The notes below the pieces were generated by a model. That model did not search any database. It was not told the origin of the DNA and saw nothing but the letters and a program-made list of their open reading frames with translations. Shown here in pieces: positions 17,242-28,677 of a DNA stretch of 64,000 nt. Numbering within the stretch: position 1 is the first letter of the stretch; each line of letters begins with the position of its first letter. The position numbers and the translations under genes were made by a program. This DNA comes from an uncultured Candidatus Saccharibacteria bacterium (GTDB lineage Bacteria > Patescibacteriota > Minisyncoccia > Phycocordibacterales > CALRHW01): assembly GCA_964407105.1 (NCBI GenBank), contig CAYOUG010000002.1:11041-75040 (forward strand), in the 5' to 3' direction.

Positions 17242-19920
17242 ATGCCACCATTTAATCATTTTACAACAAAAGCAAAAGAAGCGATTCGTAAGGCTCATGA
17301 GCTCGCTATAGAGCGTGGACAAAATCATGTAAACCCACTTCATTTGCTTGCCTCACTTATCTTGCAAGAAGAAAGCATGGTTTCTTCCATTCTTGATAAA
17401 TTAGAAATAGACACTATTTTACTTACAGATTCAATAATGGAAGCGATTGAGTCTCCTGAGACAAGCGCCACACTTGCGCCGTCTTATCAGATTTATCTTA
17501 CACCAGAACTTGCACACACTATTGAAAATGGTGCAAAAATTGCGGCGAGTTTAAATGATGAATTTGTATCTACAGAGCATTTATTTATTGCTATCACTGA
17601 AGTGCCTGGTACAGCACGAGAAATTTTGGCGCGCTTTAAAATAGACAAAAATCGTGTGCTTTCAGTAATAGAAGAACTAAAAACTTCAAAACAAACAGAT
17701 GTTCAGCATCCAAAGAAATTTAAATCAATTGCAAAATATACTCGTAGCCTTACCAAGCTTGCACACGAAAACAAACTTGATCCAGTGATAGGTCGTGATA
17801 ACGAAATTTCTAGAATTATTCAAATTTTGTCTCGTCGTAAGAAAAATAATCCTATTTTGATAGGTGAAGCTGGTGTGGGAAAAACCGCTATTGCCGAAGG
17901 TCTTGCTATTCGTATGGCCACAGGTAATGTACCAGAATCTTTGAAAGATAAAGAGCTCGTATCTCTTGATCTTGGGCTTTTGATTGCTGGTACAAAATAT
18001 CGCGGAGAATTTGAAGAACGTCTTAAAAATATTTTAAAAGAAATTGAAAGATCAGAAGGTAAAATAGTTTTATTTATAGATGAAATTCATACTATAGTAG
18101 GTGCTGGTGCCGCAGAAGGTTCTATCGACGCATCAAATATGCTCAAACCACCACTTGCTCGCGGTGAGCTTAGGGCTATTGGTGCCACAACTCTAAAAGA
18201 ATATCAGAAACACATTGAAAAAGATCCCGCTCTAACACGTCGTTTCCAGCCGGTGTATATAAACGAACCAAGTATTGATGATGCTATTACTATTTTGCGT
18301 GGGCTTAAAGAAAAATATGAGTTATATCATGGTGTGCGTATTACAGATGACGCCATTGTTGCGGCGGTTAATTTAAGTAGCAGATATATTGCTGATAGAT
18401 TTTTGCCAGATAAAGCGGTAGATCTTATCGATGAGTCTGCGTCATTACTTAAAATTTCTCTTGAAAATATGCCACCAATTCTTCAAGAAGCACATTCAAG
18501 AATAATGAAGCTTGAAATAGAAAAACAAGCACTTTCAAAAGAAAAAACTTCAAAAGCAAAATCGCGCGTTAAGGAAATCGAAAAGGAAATTGCAGATTTG
18601 AAAGAAAAAACATCAGAAATTGAACTTAAATGGAAAAACGAAAAAGAAACCGTTGAAGGTATTAAAACAATTAAAAAAGAACTTGAAAGTTTTAGACGCG
18701 AGGCTGAGTCTGCAGAGGCACGTATAGATCTTGCTCGAGCCGCTGAAATTCGTTATGGCAAAATTCCGGCACACGAAAAAGATTTGGAAACAAAAACAAA
18801 ACGCCTCAAAAAACTCCAAAGTTCTAGAAGTATTATTCATGAAGAAATAAAAGAAGCAGATATTGCTGAGGTGGTAGCAAAATGGACAGGTATTCCAATG
18901 TCTCGAATGCTTGAAGAAGAAGCAGAAAAGCTTGGTCGTATTGAAGATGTGCTCAAACGTCGCATTGTGGGTCAAGATGAAGCGGTAAAAAAGATTGCCG
19001 ACACAGTAAAGCGATCACGAGCAGGTATTGCCGACCCAAATCGTCCGATGGGTTCTTTCATTTTTCTTGGGCCTACAGGTGTGGGAAAAACGGAACTTAC
19101 AAAAGCACTTGCAGAGTTTATGTTTAATGATGACAAGTCACTCATTCGTATCGACATGTCCGAGTTTATGGAAAAACACTCAGTTTCAAAACTCATTGGC
19201 GCACCCCCTGGATATGTGGGTCATGACGAGGGCGGTAGTTTTACGGAAATGATACGACATCGTCCATATTCAGTAATTCTTTTTGATGAAATTGAAAAAG
19301 CACATCCAGAAGTATTTAATATTTTACTTCAAGTGCTTGATAATGGTCGTCTTACCGATGCAAAAGGACGTACTGTAAATTTTAAAAACACAATTATCAT
19401 TCTTACTTCAAACGTTGGTGCACAACACATAGACAAGATGCAAAAACTTGGTTTTGCTGCGCAGGGAGACAAAGAAAATTATGAAAATGTGAAAAATAAA
19501 CTTACAGATAGTTTAAAAGACTATTTCCGTCCAGAATTTCTAAATCGTCTAGATGATATTATCGTCTTTGATATTTTGTCAAAAGAATCTATTGCTGAAA
19601 TTGTAAAAATTCAGGTGGATATTATAAAACAGCGTTTACTTGTAAAGGAAATCAAGCTTGATGTGTCAGATGATGTGTTAGCGTATCTTTCAAAGGAAGG
19701 ATACAATCCACAATACGGTGCGCGTCCTCTCAAACGAATCATTCAAAATAAAATTCTTACACCGGTGGCGTCACTTATTATTTCAAAAGGTCTTATGAAG
19801 GGTGGTGCTGTGGCTGTTACTATGAAAGACGGTGAATTTTCTTTTGATGTTAAAAAGGGACGAAGGGGGAGTTTGATTGGTGAAAATCTGTTGCACACAA
19901 ATTCCACAACCTCTGCTTAA
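17242..19920 (+). CDS. clpB: ATP-dependent chaperone ClpB
   Basis: The 892-aa product has a Clp N domain, two AAA+ modules ([15 protein letters not shown]; [15 protein letters not shown]), and a long coiled-coil middle domain between the first and second AAA+ modules. Confidence 0.92.
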   Translation: MPPFNHFTTKAKEAIRKAHELAIERGQNHVNPLHLLASLILQEESMVSSILDKLEIDTILLTDSIMEAIESPETSATLAPSYQIYLTPELAHTIENGAKIAASLNDEFVSTEHLFIAITEVPGTAREILARFKIDKNRVLSVIEELKTSKQTDVQHPKKFKSIAKYTRSLTKLAHENKLDPVIGRDNEISRIIQILSRRKKNNPILIGEAGVGKTAIAEGLAIRMATGNVPESLKDKELVSLDLGLLIAGTKYRGEFEERLKNILKEIERSEGKIVLFIDEIHTIVGAGAAEGSIDASNMLKPPLARGELRAIGATTLKEYQKHIEKDPALTRRFQPVYINEPSIDDAITILRGLKEKYELYHGVRITDDAIVAAVNLSSRYIADRFLPDKAVDLIDESASLLKISLENMPPILQEAHSRIMKLEIEKQALSKEKTSKAKSRVKEIEKEIADLKEKTSEIELKWKNEKETVEGIKTIKKELESFRREAESAEARIDLARAAEIRYGKIPAHEKDLETKTKRLKKLQSSRSIIHEEIKEADIAEVVAKWTGIPMSRMLEEEAEKLGRIEDVLKRRIVGQDEAVKKIADTVKRSRAGIADPNRPMGSFIFLGPTGVGKTELTKALAEFMFNDDKSLIRIDMSEFMEKHSVSKLIGAPPGYVGHDEGGSFTEMIRHRPYSVILFDEIEKAHPEVFNILLQVLDNGRLTDAKGRTVNFKNTIIILTSNVGAQHIDKMQKLGFAAQGDKENYENVKNKLTDSLKDYFRPEFLNRLDDIIVFDILSKESIAEIVKIQVDIIKQRLLVKEIKLDVSDDVLAYLSKEGYNPQYGARPLKRIIQNKILTPVASLIISKGLMKGGAVAVTMKDGEFSFDVKKGRRGSLIGENLLHTNSTTSA

Positions 19921-19923
19921 AAA

Positions 19924-19952
19924 AGAAAACCCAGAGACATGCTCGGGGTTTT
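19924..19952 (+). terminator. rho-independent terminator after clpB (GAAAACCC, 13-nt loop, GGGTTTTC)
   Basis: A perfect 8-bp inverted repeat is followed by a T-rich stretch. Confidence 0.55.
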
Positions 19953-19984
19953 CAGTGTTGTGATTGTGTGCCAACCCCACCTTG

Positions 19985-20266
19985 TTAGTTTGTGAAGATT
20001 GTTGTACCTCCCACGATTGAGAGAATTGTTCCAGCCGTTTTCAGGTGAGCACAGATTTGTTTGTTGCGCGTTCTTCTTCTTGCGTATTCATCTGCCATCA
20101 ACTCATCTATTGCTTCTCCATCGTACTCCTGTTCTGCTTTTTTGAAAGCTTTCTCCAAATTCACCACACCCGGTTTTTGATGCACATCTCCTCCTTGAGA
20201 ATAAGAAACGCAATCTAAACCAACACTGAAGTTAAAAAATATATCATAAAAGAATATTTTCGTCAC
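19985..20266 (-). CDS. hypothetical small protein in a GC-enriched spacer (GTG start, no clear RBS)
   Basis: The ORF is 93 aa with a C-terminus ...AGTILSIVGGTTIFTN. Support is weak. The region could instead be non-coding. Confidence 0.25.
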   Translation of the reverse strand: MTKIFFYDIFFNFSVGLDCVSYSQGGDVHQKPGVVNLEKAFKKAEQEYDGEAIDELMADEYARRRTRNKQICAHLKTAGTILSIVGGTTIFTN

Positions 20267-20331
20267 CAGTATTTGTTCACATGTTTAATATGCGCTATTG
20301 TATTTGTATCATATTAAATTAACCATAATTT

Positions 20332-21072
20332 ATGCTTTCATACATTATTATTGCCTCAGTGCTTGAAATGCTCATTGCTTTTGCCGGTATTTTGTTTGTG
20401 TTTGCAGGAATAGAAAAGATAAAAAAATATTTATATTATTTTATTAGTTTTTCGGTCGGTACTTTTTTGGGTGTTGTTTTCTTCGACTTACTCCCAGAAG
20501 CAATAGAACTTACGCCAGTAGGAAAAGCTCCGATGTGGGTTCTTGTTGGCTTCCTCCTTTTTTACCTTCTTGGAAGATTTTTGTTTTGGTATCATCACCA
20601 TGAAGATGAACACTGTGATCATACGTATACAAAAACAAGTGGCACCATGGTGCTTGTCGCTGATCTTGCTCACAATTTTGTAGATGGCATTGTAATAGCT
20701 ACCGCATTTATTGCGGATACACATTTGGGAATTGTGACCACACTTGCTGTTCTTCTTCACGAATTTCCTCAAGAAATGTCAGATTTTTTTGTACTTATTA
20801 ATGCTGGAATGTCAAAAGGGCGTGCTTTGTTTTTAAATTTTTTAGTTTCAACAACAACGCTTCTTGGTGCGTTTCTTGGTTATTTTGCATTTAGTTCAAT
20901 CGAAGGTGTTATTGGGCCACTTATCGGTATTGCTGCTGGTAACTTTTTGTACATTGCTGCTTCCGATCTTTTACCCGAACTTCATCGCACAGAAAATGGT
21001 GGTAAAAAGGTGATTCAAGTAGCACTTCTCTTTTTTGGTCTTGTGATTATATATATTATCTCTATGGTATAA
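20332..21072 (+). CDS. ZIP-family divalent metal (Zn) transporter (ZupT-like)
   Basis: The His-rich loop is HHHEDEHCDH and the HEFPQEM motif is present. The predicted topology is multi-pass. Confidence 0.8.
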   Translation: MLSYIIIASVLEMLIAFAGILFVFAGIEKIKKYLYYFISFSVGTFLGVVFFDLLPEAIELTPVGKAPMWVLVGFLLFYLLGRFLFWYHHHEDEHCDHTYTKTSGTMVLVADLAHNFVDGIVIATAFIADTHLGIVTTLAVLLHEFPQEMSDFFVLINAGMSKGRALFLNFLVSTTTLLGAFLGYFAFSSIEGVIGPLIGIAAGNFLYIAASDLLPELHRTENGGKKVIQVALLFFGLVIIYIISMV

Positions 21073-21164
21073 ACTTACTCGCACCTATCCACAGTTTTTA
21101 ACAAAACTTTAAGAATATTTTAACTCGTTTTTTCTATACTCGTTGTGTTATTATTAACGACAAC

Positions 21165-21449
21165 ATGATTATGGAGAGATTTGATAAACTTGAGCATCTT
21201 ATAGACGGCTTGGCTATTATGGTCAAGGAGGGTTTTGATCGTGCGGCAAGTGAATTGCAGGAATTTAAAAATGAGGCGAATCAAAGATTTGATAATATCG
21301 AAACACGTTTAGATGGTGTTGAGCAGAGATTAGACAGAGTGGAGTTCCGTTTAGATAAAATTGAATTTCGATTAGATAGTTTTAGCAATCGGCTTGATAT
21401 ACACGACGACAGGTTTCGTCTCATTTCTACAAAAATCGGCCTCGCGTAA
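21165..21449 (+). CDS. hypothetical coiled-coil protein with five tandem heptads ExRLDxx
   Basis: ETRLDGV-EQRLDRV-EFRLDKI-EFRLDSF-SNRLDIH. The protein is 94 aa. Confidence 0.45.
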   Translation: MIMERFDKLEHLIDGLAIMVKEGFDRAASELQEFKNEANQRFDNIETRLDGVEQRLDRVEFRLDKIEFRLDSFSNRLDIHDDRFRLISTKIGLA

Positions 21450-21468
21450 TGCGGGCCGTTTTTGTTTT
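21431..21468 (+). terminator. rho-independent terminator (A-run, CGGCC, loop, GGCCG, T-run) overlapping the stop codon
   Basis: AAAAATCGGCCtcgcgtaatgcGGGCCGTTTTTG. Confidence 0.55.
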
Positions 21469-21528
21469 ATATTCTTTTCAAAAGATTACTCTACTGATTA
21501 TTCTATTTCTGCTTATTTTTTTTATTCC

Positions 21529-23304
21529 TTACTTTTTCTCTTGAATTTCTGTGGTGAGTCGTGCAAGTACATCGACATATGAGAGTGCACCAAGATTTCC
21601 CGCGTCACGACCTTCGAGTGTCACAGTATTTGATTCGATTTCCTTGTCGCCGATAATAATCATATACGGAATTTTATCGACTTTTCCACTGCGAATTTTT
21701 TTGCCGAGATTTTCATCGTCATTCGCAAACTCGGTGCGTATACCAAGCGCGACAAATGAATCATTTATTTCTTGTGCTACTTTCTGATGTGCTTCAGCGA
21801 TAGGAATTATTTTTACTTGAACAGGATGTAGCCAAAGAGGGAAGTTGCCGGCGTAATGTTCAATGAGTGTAGACATAAATCGTTCGACAGAGCCCATGAT
21901 TGCACAATGAATCATTACAACGGGTTCACGTTCCCCCTTTTCATTCGTGCATTCAAGACCGAAATTGTGTGGCATGTTGTAATCGAGCTGAATTGTTGCT
22001 ACCTGAAGTGATCGACCGATAGAATCTTTTGCAATGAAATCAATTTTTGGTCCGTACATTGCTGCCTCACCCACACCATCAATCCAATCTTTTACACCGC
22101 GCTTTTCTACAAGTAAAGTGAGTTGCTTTTCAGCTTTCGCCCAAATCTCTGGAGTGCCAAGATATTTTTCAAATGTTTTTGGATCGTGTTTTGAAATGCG
22201 CACTTTTATATCTTTAAAACCAAACACACCATAAAATTCATCAATAATATCCCAGACCGCAAAAATTTCTTTTTCTACCTGATTTTCTCGACAAAAAACA
22301 TGGGCATCGTCTTGAGTAATTGAAAGCACACGTGAAAGTCCAGAGAGTTCTCCCGACTGTTCGTCGCGATAAACCATTGTTGTTTCGCAGTATCGCTGTG
22401 GCATGTCGCGATAACTTTTAAGACCACTTGCAAAAATCTGCGTGTGATGAGGACAGTTCATCGGCTTCATTGCGTAGAGATGTTTTTCTCGAGTTTCGAT
22501 TTTGAAAAGTTCATCTGCAAATTTACTCCAATGTCCAGATGTTTCGTAAAGAGATTTTTTTGTGATATGTGGAATGGCTACTTTTTGATACCCACGCTTT
22601 TTGCGAAGTTCCCATACAAAATCGTTGAGGAGTTCGCGCATAATAGTGCCTTTTGGTGTCCAAAGCGGAAGGCCCGCTCCCACGAGTTCTGAAAATACAA
22701 AAAGTCCCATTTCTTTTCCAATTTTTTTGTGATCACGCTTTTTTGCTTCTTCACGTTGGACAATGTATTCATCAAGCTCAGTTTTTGTATCAAAAGCAAG
22801 ACCGTAAATGCGTGTGAGCATTGTATTTTTTTCGTCTCCTCGCCAGTATGCGCCCGCTATACGGTCAAGCACGAAAGATTCTACGTCGATGTCTTGCGCC
22901 GGATTGTCCACGTGTCCGCCACGGCATAAGTCTGTAAATTCACCAGAAGTATAAAGTGTAATTTTTTCACCCTTCTCAACAATTTCATCAATGAGTTCGA
23001 GTTTGTATGGATTGCCAGAAAATTTTTCACGAGCTTCATCAGTCGATACTTCCTGCCCGTCAAAACTTTTCCACGTCTTTAGATTTTTTTTCATTTCTTT
23101 TTCAATGCGCGGTAAATCTTTATCTGAAATAGGGGATGAGAATTCAAAGTCATAATAAAAACCATTGTCGATGGCTGGTCCGAGTGTTGGTTTTGCATCT
23201 GGGTAAAATTTGAGCACCGCTGAGGCAAGCAGGTGGGCGAGAGAATGACGTTTGTGTTCAAGGTGTAATATATGGTCTTTTTCTGTTTTCATAAGTTCAA
23301 GCAT
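21529..23304 (-). CDS. thrS: threonyl-tRNA synthetase (no TGS domain)
   Basis: The N2/editing motif is HSLAHLLASAV. The class II core has HRDLG-like motifs and a C-terminal anticodon-binding domain. The likely start is at MLELMKTEKD; the track ORF extends further upstream. Confidence 0.9.
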   Translation of the reverse strand: MLELMKTEKDHILHLEHKRHSLAHLLASAVLKFYPDAKPTLGPAIDNGFYYDFEFSSPISDKDLPRIEKEMKKNLKTWKSFDGQEVSTDEAREKFSGNPYKLELIDEIVEKGEKITLYTSGEFTDLCRGGHVDNPAQDIDVESFVLDRIAGAYWRGDEKNTMLTRIYGLAFDTKTELDEYIVQREEAKKRDHKKIGKEMGLFVFSELVGAGLPLWTPKGTIMRELLNDFVWELRKKRGYQKVAIPHITKKSLYETSGHWSKFADELFKIETREKHLYAMKPMNCPHHTQIFASGLKSYRDMPQRYCETTMVYRDEQSGELSGLSRVLSITQDDAHVFCRENQVEKEIFAVWDIIDEFYGVFGFKDIKVRISKHDPKTFEKYLGTPEIWAKAEKQLTLLVEKRGVKDWIDGVGEAAMYGPKIDFIAKDSIGRSLQVATIQLDYNMPHNFGLECTNEKGEREPVVMIHCAIMGSVERFMSTLIEHYAGNFPLWLHPVQVKIIPIAEAHQKVAQEINDSFVALGIRTEFANDDENLGKKIRSGKVDKIPYMIIIGDKEIESNTVTLEGRDAGNLGALSYVDVLARLTTEIQEKK

Positions 23305-23353
23305 AACAATTTTGACGCGGATTTCAAAGGGATTTTGGTTTTGAGAGAGTGTA

Positions 23354-23382
23354 TTGACTTTAAATATATAATATGTTATTAT
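23354..23382 (+). promoter_or_regulatory. sigma70-type promoter (TTGACT, 17-nt spacer, TATTAT)
   Basis: TTGACT at 23354-23359 and TATTAT at 23377-23382 sit in the divergent thrS / 23448 intergenic region. Confidence 0.4.
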
Positions 23383-23447
23383 TAAATAAGCAATAACAAA
23401 AAGCTCTTTGGTATTTTTCTCAACCCAACAAGAAAGGATTGTGCGAC

Positions 23448-24056
23448 ATGGAAACGCTCTCGAAAGTGATTCTGGTCGTCGCAAGTCTCATCTTGTTGTC
23501 GGCCCCCGTGGTGATGATCACAAAGATTCATCGCGGGCACGTTACTCTGAATAGAGTTACCTTTGGTGTTCGTAGTGGGGTGTCAATAATGAACCTCATT
23601 ACGTATTTCTTGGGTACTCAGAGTGACTACTTTAAGTCAGCAATCATGTTTACTTCAGCGCTTAGTCTGTCCACCATCTTTGGCTATTCCTTTTTTAGGG
23701 GGAAAGCAAAACTTCAGTGGTACGACGTTTGGGCGTTGGTGATCGTGGTTGTGGTGGTGATCAAGTGGAAAAGTAGCGGAGATGCGATGGTTGCCAATCT
23801 TTGGCTTCAGACCGCACTGTTACTCTCCTTTGTCCCGTCCATTTGGGGTGTTATCAATGGTGTGCTAAAGGATCAGCCTCTTGGTTGGTTCCTTGCGACG
23901 ATTGCTTACGCCCTCATGACTATTGGACTTTTACTGTCGGCAGATGCTCGGTGGCAAGAGTTCATTAATCCTTTGTGTGTTGGTTTTGTGGGCAACGGCG
24001 CTCTTGCGCTAGTGATAGTCCTCAAGAACCGACAGGTAATGCGACAGGTACCATAA
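23448..24056 (+). CDS. GC-rich hypothetical polytopic membrane protein (about 6 transmembrane helices)
   Basis: The product is 202 aa from METLSKV. GC is about 50%. No family was recognised. Confidence 0.5.
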   Translation: METLSKVILVVASLILLSAPVVMITKIHRGHVTLNRVTFGVRSGVSIMNLITYFLGTQSDYFKSAIMFTSALSLSTIFGYSFFRGKAKLQWYDVWALVIVVVVVIKWKSSGDAMVANLWLQTALLLSFVPSIWGVINGVLKDQPLGWFLATIAYALMTIGLLLSADARWQEFINPLCVGFVGNGALALVIVLKNRQVMRQVP

Positions 24057-24124
24057 CCCTGTCCAAACCCGCGCTAGACAAAAGTCGAAGCGCGGTTTTT
24101 CTTTTGCAAAATAACTGAGCGGTG

Positions 24125-27100
24125 CTAAAGCGCCTTCGCTTTTTCTGCAATAATACTTACCGCGCCGTTTCGCATTGAAATTTTTCCTTTGATAGCAATA
24201 CACATTTCTGGCACAAAAAGATTTTTGAATTCAAGATAAACACGTGGAAAGACAACACATTCAACACCGCCAGATAAATCGCTGACTTTAAGAAACAACA
24301 TATTGTCACCCTTTTTTGTAACAATATTTTTTGCTTCTTCAACAATTCCAGCGATCACCACAGGCATTCCTTCTTTTGCTTCTTCACACACTTTTTTAAT
24401 ATTAAAATTTTTACTTTCTAGTTTTTCACGAAAACGATCAAGGGGGTGGCCGGAAATATAAAGGCCGAGAAGTTCTTTTTCCCAAGCGAGTTTGTCGATC
24501 ATACTTGCTTCTGGTGCGGGTTCGAGTTTAAGTGATGGTATTGTGGATTTGTCGCTCATCAATCCAAAAAGTGAGTCTTGACTGTCGCCATTTTTATTTT
24601 TTTCTTTGTTGTATGAAAGTATTTGTTCAAGATTTGCCAACATTACTCCACGCTCACCAAATGCATCCATTGCACCAGCTTTGATAAGTGCTTCAAGAGA
24701 TTTTTTATTTAAATTTTTATCTTTAATGCGATCGAGAAAATCCGCGAGAGATTTAAATGGACCATTTTTTTTGCGCTCGTTGATAATTGATTCGCCGATA
24801 CCTTCACCAAAATTTTTAATAGTCGTAAGTCCAAAGCGAATTTTATCGCCACCTTCTGTAATACCTTTTCCCACACCTCCTTCGTTGCTGATTACTGTAA
24901 ATCCACCAAAACTTTCGTTGATGTTTGGTGCGAGTACCGGAATATTCATACGTTTGCATTCTGCGATAATTTCAGCAATTTTTTCTACATCACCAGAGTC
25001 GGCGGTGAGTACTGCGGACATGTAGACGGCGGGGAAATTGGCTTTCATGTATGCAGTTTGATATGCCACCTTTCCATAGCTCGCTGCGTGAGCTTTGTTA
25101 AATCCATACGCGGCAAAAGGTTCGATGAGTTTCCAAAGTTCATCTGCCTTTGCTTCTGTCATACCATTTTTTATGAAACCCTCACGAAGTTTTCCTTTTT
25201 GTGCTTCCATTTCGGCAGGGATTTTTTTACCCATTGCTTTTCGAAGTTTGTCTGCTTCGAGCCATGAATAGCCACCGAGTTTTATTGCGATCAACATGAC
25301 GTCGTCTTGATATGTGATGACTCCGTATGATTGGTCCAAAATATCTTTCATGCGTGGATCAAGGTAAAAAACACGTTCGGGATTATGTTTGCGCTCTATA
25401 TATTGTGGGATTGATTCAAGTGGGCCGGGGCGATAAAGTGCCACCATTGCGTTGATATCTAAAATGCTTGTTGGTTTTAGTTCTTTTAGAAAACGTGTCA
25501 TGCCTGTGCCGTTGAGTTGAAAGAGTCCGATCGTTTCACCTTTGGCAAGCATTTCAAATGTATGTTTGTCGTCGATTGGAATATTTTCGATGTCTATATT
25601 TATGTTGAGGATTTTTTTTACAAGAGAAACAGCATCGGCGAGAATCGAAAGATTTTTAATGCCAAGAAAGTCGAATTTGAGTAAACCAGCGTCTTCCACC
25701 GCGTGCATGTCGTATTGTGTGATAATTTTATTTTCTCCTTTGGTGTCGTATTGGAGAGGAACAAAATCGGTGAGTGGGTGCGGCGCGATAACAACACCGG
25801 CTGCGTGCACCGAAATGTGGCGCGCCGCACCCTCAATCTTTTTCGCCATATCAATAATCTCGTGCACATCTTTTTCTTCTTTATATATTTTTTTTAAATC
25901 TGGCACCTCATCAAGTGCTCGGTCGATGGTCATTGGAAAACCCTGGGCGCCCATAGGAATAAGTTTTGCGATTTTGTCTCCCGTTCCGTAACCCAAACCA
26001 AGTGCACGTGTGACGTCACGTACTGAACCGCGCGCCGCCATCGTACCAAAAGTACCAATCTGGGCGACCTTATCCGCTCCATATTTTTGTTTTGCGTATT
26101 CAATCATTTCATCACGTCGGTTGTCGGCATAATCCATGTCGATGTCGGGTGCCGAAGGACGTTCTGGATTTAGAAAACGTTCAAAGGGTAATTTATATAC
26201 AAGAGGATTTACATTTGTTATGCGCGCAAGGTAGGTTGCAAGCGATCCAGCCACCGATCCTCGAATTGTAGTTAAAATTTTATTTTCATGCGCAAACCTC
26301 AACAAATCTCCCACCACCAAAAAGTATGGAGCGTAGCCTTTGTCTTTTATAACCTTGAGTTCGTATTCAACACGTTCAAGTGCTTCCGCACTTTTTTCTA
26401 CTTTTCTGAGTTCAAATCCTTCATAGACAATACGACGAAACTCATCGTCATAAGATAGTCCGCTTGGAACTATATAATTTGGAAAAACCCATTTTCCCAA
26501 CTCAAGTTCAAGATTGCACATATCAGCAATTTTTTCTGTATTTAAAAGTGCATCCGGAAGATCTTTAAAATATTTGATCGCATCTTTTTCATTAATAAAA
26601 GAAAAATCTTCTTCGGTATCGTCAAGAATTTTATCATTGCGATCGCTGTTGGTTTGTATCGACATGAGTGTTTTGCGTGCGAGTCGATCTTCTTTGTGAA
26701 TATAATAGACGTCGTGTCCAGCAACGATTTGTGTATTGGTTTCGCGCGCGAGTGCTACAAGTGACTTCATTTTTTCTTCATGATCAAGTATTTCTGGATG
26801 ATGTGAAATTTCTATAAAGAAATTATCTTCTCCAAAAACCCGTTTGTGCCAAGCTATAAGTTCGCGTGCCTTGTCTTGATTGTTATTTTTAAGAGCTAAA
26901 GCAATATCTCCGGAAAAAGAAGGAGAAATACACACAAGACCATCTTTATGTAACTCTAAAATTTCTTTATCTACGCGGGGTTTGTAATAAAATCCCTCTA
27001 AAAAACCCTTAGTTACGAGCTGTATTAAATTTTTATAACCATTAAGATTTTTTGCAAGCAACACCAGACGAGAACGAGAATTGTCGATACCGCTTTGTTT

Positions 27101-27331
27101 GTCGTGTCGTGTGCGTACCGCAACATATGCATCAATACCAATTATTGGTTTGATATTCGCTTTTTTACATTTTTTATAAAATTCAATTGCGCCGTATAGA
27201 TTACCGTTGTCGGTAAGAGCAAGGGCCGTCATTTCATTTTTTTTAGCAGCATCTATAAGCTCATCAATTTTTGGTAAAGCATTAAGAAGACTGTAGTGAC
27301 TGTGGGTGTGAAGGTGTGTAAATTTGCTCAT
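24125..27331 (-). CDS. dnaE: DNA polymerase III alpha subunit
   Basis: The 1068-aa product has an N-terminal PHP domain (MSKFTHLHTHSHYSLL), a polymerase core and an OB domain. Confidence 0.95.
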   Translation of the reverse strand: MSKFTHLHTHSHYSLLNALPKIDELIDAAKKNEMTALALTDNGNLYGAIEFYKKCKKANIKPIIGIDAYVAVRTRHDKQSGIDNSRSRLVLLAKNLNGYKNLIQLVTKGFLEGFYYKPRVDKEILELHKDGLVCISPSFSGDIALALKNNNQDKARELIAWHKRVFGEDNFFIEISHHPEILDHEEKMKSLVALARETNTQIVAGHDVYYIHKEDRLARKTLMSIQTNSDRNDKILDDTEEDFSFINEKDAIKYFKDLPDALLNTEKIADMCNLELELGKWVFPNYIVPSGLSYDDEFRRIVYEGFELRKVEKSAEALERVEYELKVIKDKGYAPYFLVVGDLLRFAHENKILTTIRGSVAGSLATYLARITNVNPLVYKLPFERFLNPERPSAPDIDMDYADNRRDEMIEYAKQKYGADKVAQIGTFGTMAARGSVRDVTRALGLGYGTGDKIAKLIPMGAQGFPMTIDRALDEVPDLKKIYKEEKDVHEIIDMAKKIEGAARHISVHAAGVVIAPHPLTDFVPLQYDTKGENKIITQYDMHAVEDAGLLKFDFLGIKNLSILADAVSLVKKILNINIDIENIPIDDKHTFEMLAKGETIGLFQLNGTGMTRFLKELKPTSILDINAMVALYRPGPLESIPQYIERKHNPERVFYLDPRMKDILDQSYGVITYQDDVMLIAIKLGGYSWLEADKLRKAMGKKIPAEMEAQKGKLREGFIKNGMTEAKADELWKLIEPFAAYGFNKAHAASYGKVAYQTAYMKANFPAVYMSAVLTADSGDVEKIAEIIAECKRMNIPVLAPNINESFGGFTVISNEGGVGKGITEGGDKIRFGLTTIKNFGEGIGESIINERKKNGPFKSLADFLDRIKDKNLNKKSLEALIKAGAMDAFGERGVMLANLEQILSYNKEKNKNGDSQDSLFGLMSDKSTIPSLKLEPAPEASMIDKLAWEKELLGLYISGHPLDRFREKLESKNFNIKKVCEEAKEGMPVVIAGIVEEAKNIVTKKGDNMLFLKVSDLSGGVECVVFPRVYLEFKNLFVPEMCIAIKGKISMRNGAVSIIAEKAKAL

Positions 27332-27369
27332 AAAGAGTTTTACTGACGTGTTATGATTATATCAAAGAC

Positions 27370-27996
27370 ATGAAGTATCGCTACATTATTGGTGTCGATG
27401 AGGTGGGAAGGGGGCCACTTGCTGGGCCGGTGACAGTGGGTGTGGTATGTGTTCCGGTTGATTTTAATATGGATTTTTTGAAAGGAATTAAAGATTCAAA
27501 AAAATTATCTCCACAAAAACGTAAAGAATGGCAGAAAAAAGTAAAGAATTTAAACAATAAATTTTTACAATTTTCAATTTCTTCTGTTTCGGCTGAAATT
27601 ATAGATAAAATTGGTATAAATCAAGCAATAACTAAAGCAATAAATCGATCTTTAAAAAAAATACTTGGCATTTTAAATAAAAACCCAAAAGATTTTATGG
27701 TGCTTCTTGATGGGGGATTAAGGGTTCCAAAAGAATATATTTTTCAAAAAACGATTATAAAAGGAGACGAAAAAGAGCCGATTATTGCACTCGCTTCTAT
27801 TTTTGCCAAAATACACCGTGATACAAAAATGGAACGGTTTTCAAAAATTTATCAAAATTATGGTTTTGAAAAACACAAAGGTTATGGCACCTCTACGCAT
27901 CTTTTACAAATTCGCAAACTTGGAATGTCGCCGATACATCGTCGAAGTTTTTTAAAAAAATTTCACCAAAAAAACACTAAAAAACATATACAATAA
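27370..27996 (+). CDS. rnhB: ribonuclease HII
   Basis: The active-site region is IIGVDEVGRGPLAGPV. Confidence 0.9.
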   Translation: MKYRYIIGVDEVGRGPLAGPVTVGVVCVPVDFNMDFLKGIKDSKKLSPQKRKEWQKKVKNLNNKFLQFSISSVSAEIIDKIGINQAITKAINRSLKKILGILNKNPKDFMVLLDGGLRVPKEYIFQKTIIKGDEKEPIIALASIFAKIHRDTKMERFSKIYQNYGFEKHKGYGTSTHLLQIRKLGMSPIHRRSFLKKFHQKNTKKHIQ

Positions 27997-28091
27997 AATG
28001 ATTGACAATATACTGTCGCATATGTTTTAATTTAAAAAGAGTGGGAATGGATTGTTTCCAATCCCATCTATTTTGCAAAAGGAGTAGATTC

Positions 28092-28571
28092 ATGTTCTCT
28101 CACAAGTTTTCTCGAATCGTGTCTCTGCTCGCATTGGTGGCTATTTTCTGTGCCAATGTCTTTAGTTGCTCAAAGGATCCAACCGCCGGGACGACGGCGG
28201 TATCACATTCTCCAAATCCACAACCTAGAATTGGGGGGTGGGCCTTCCAAGGACAACTTCCAATGAAGGTCGATATCAATTCTGCATATTTGCAGATTGT
28301 GCCGATGAGAGTTCTGAAAGTTGACAGAGTGATTGGCGTGGCTGACGTTGAACTTCCAAACGGAAACACCCTCTTCATGGACAATCCATATGTGGTTGCA
28401 CTAGAGGCGGGTACGTATTTCAGGTTTCTTCCAAATCACACCCCACAGTCTGTTTTGGTGCACTTGACCTTACCAAACTGGCAAGACCGTGATCAGATGG
28501 TGGAGGTGCTAGAATTGGCTGACATCGATTTCAGTAAAACCAACTATTACGATGACGCTGTCGGTCCTTAG
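28092..28571 (+). CDS. GC-rich secreted/lipoprotein of unknown function (paralog of 37468-37965)
   Basis: AAGGAG sits 8 nt upstream of the ATG. The signal peptide with lipobox-like VFSC|S is followed by a Thr/Pro linker and a conserved domain (..SAY..ELPNG..TYFRF..VEVL..IDF.K.NYYDD). Confidence 0.6.
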   Translation: MFSHKFSRIVSLLALVAIFCANVFSCSKDPTAGTTAVSHSPNPQPRIGGWAFQGQLPMKVDINSAYLQIVPMRVLKVDRVIGVADVELPNGNTLFMDNPYVVALEAGTYFRFLPNHTPQSVLVHLTLPNWQDRDQMVEVLELADIDFSKTNYYDDAVGP

Positions 28572-28677
28572 CTGGGTCGTCGGTTTCTCATTCTGGTGGT
28601 ACGGTCCATCATATAGCGCGTGACCTCTTTTGGGGTCGCGCGCTTTTTATTATTATTTTTTTGTTATACTTAAACAT

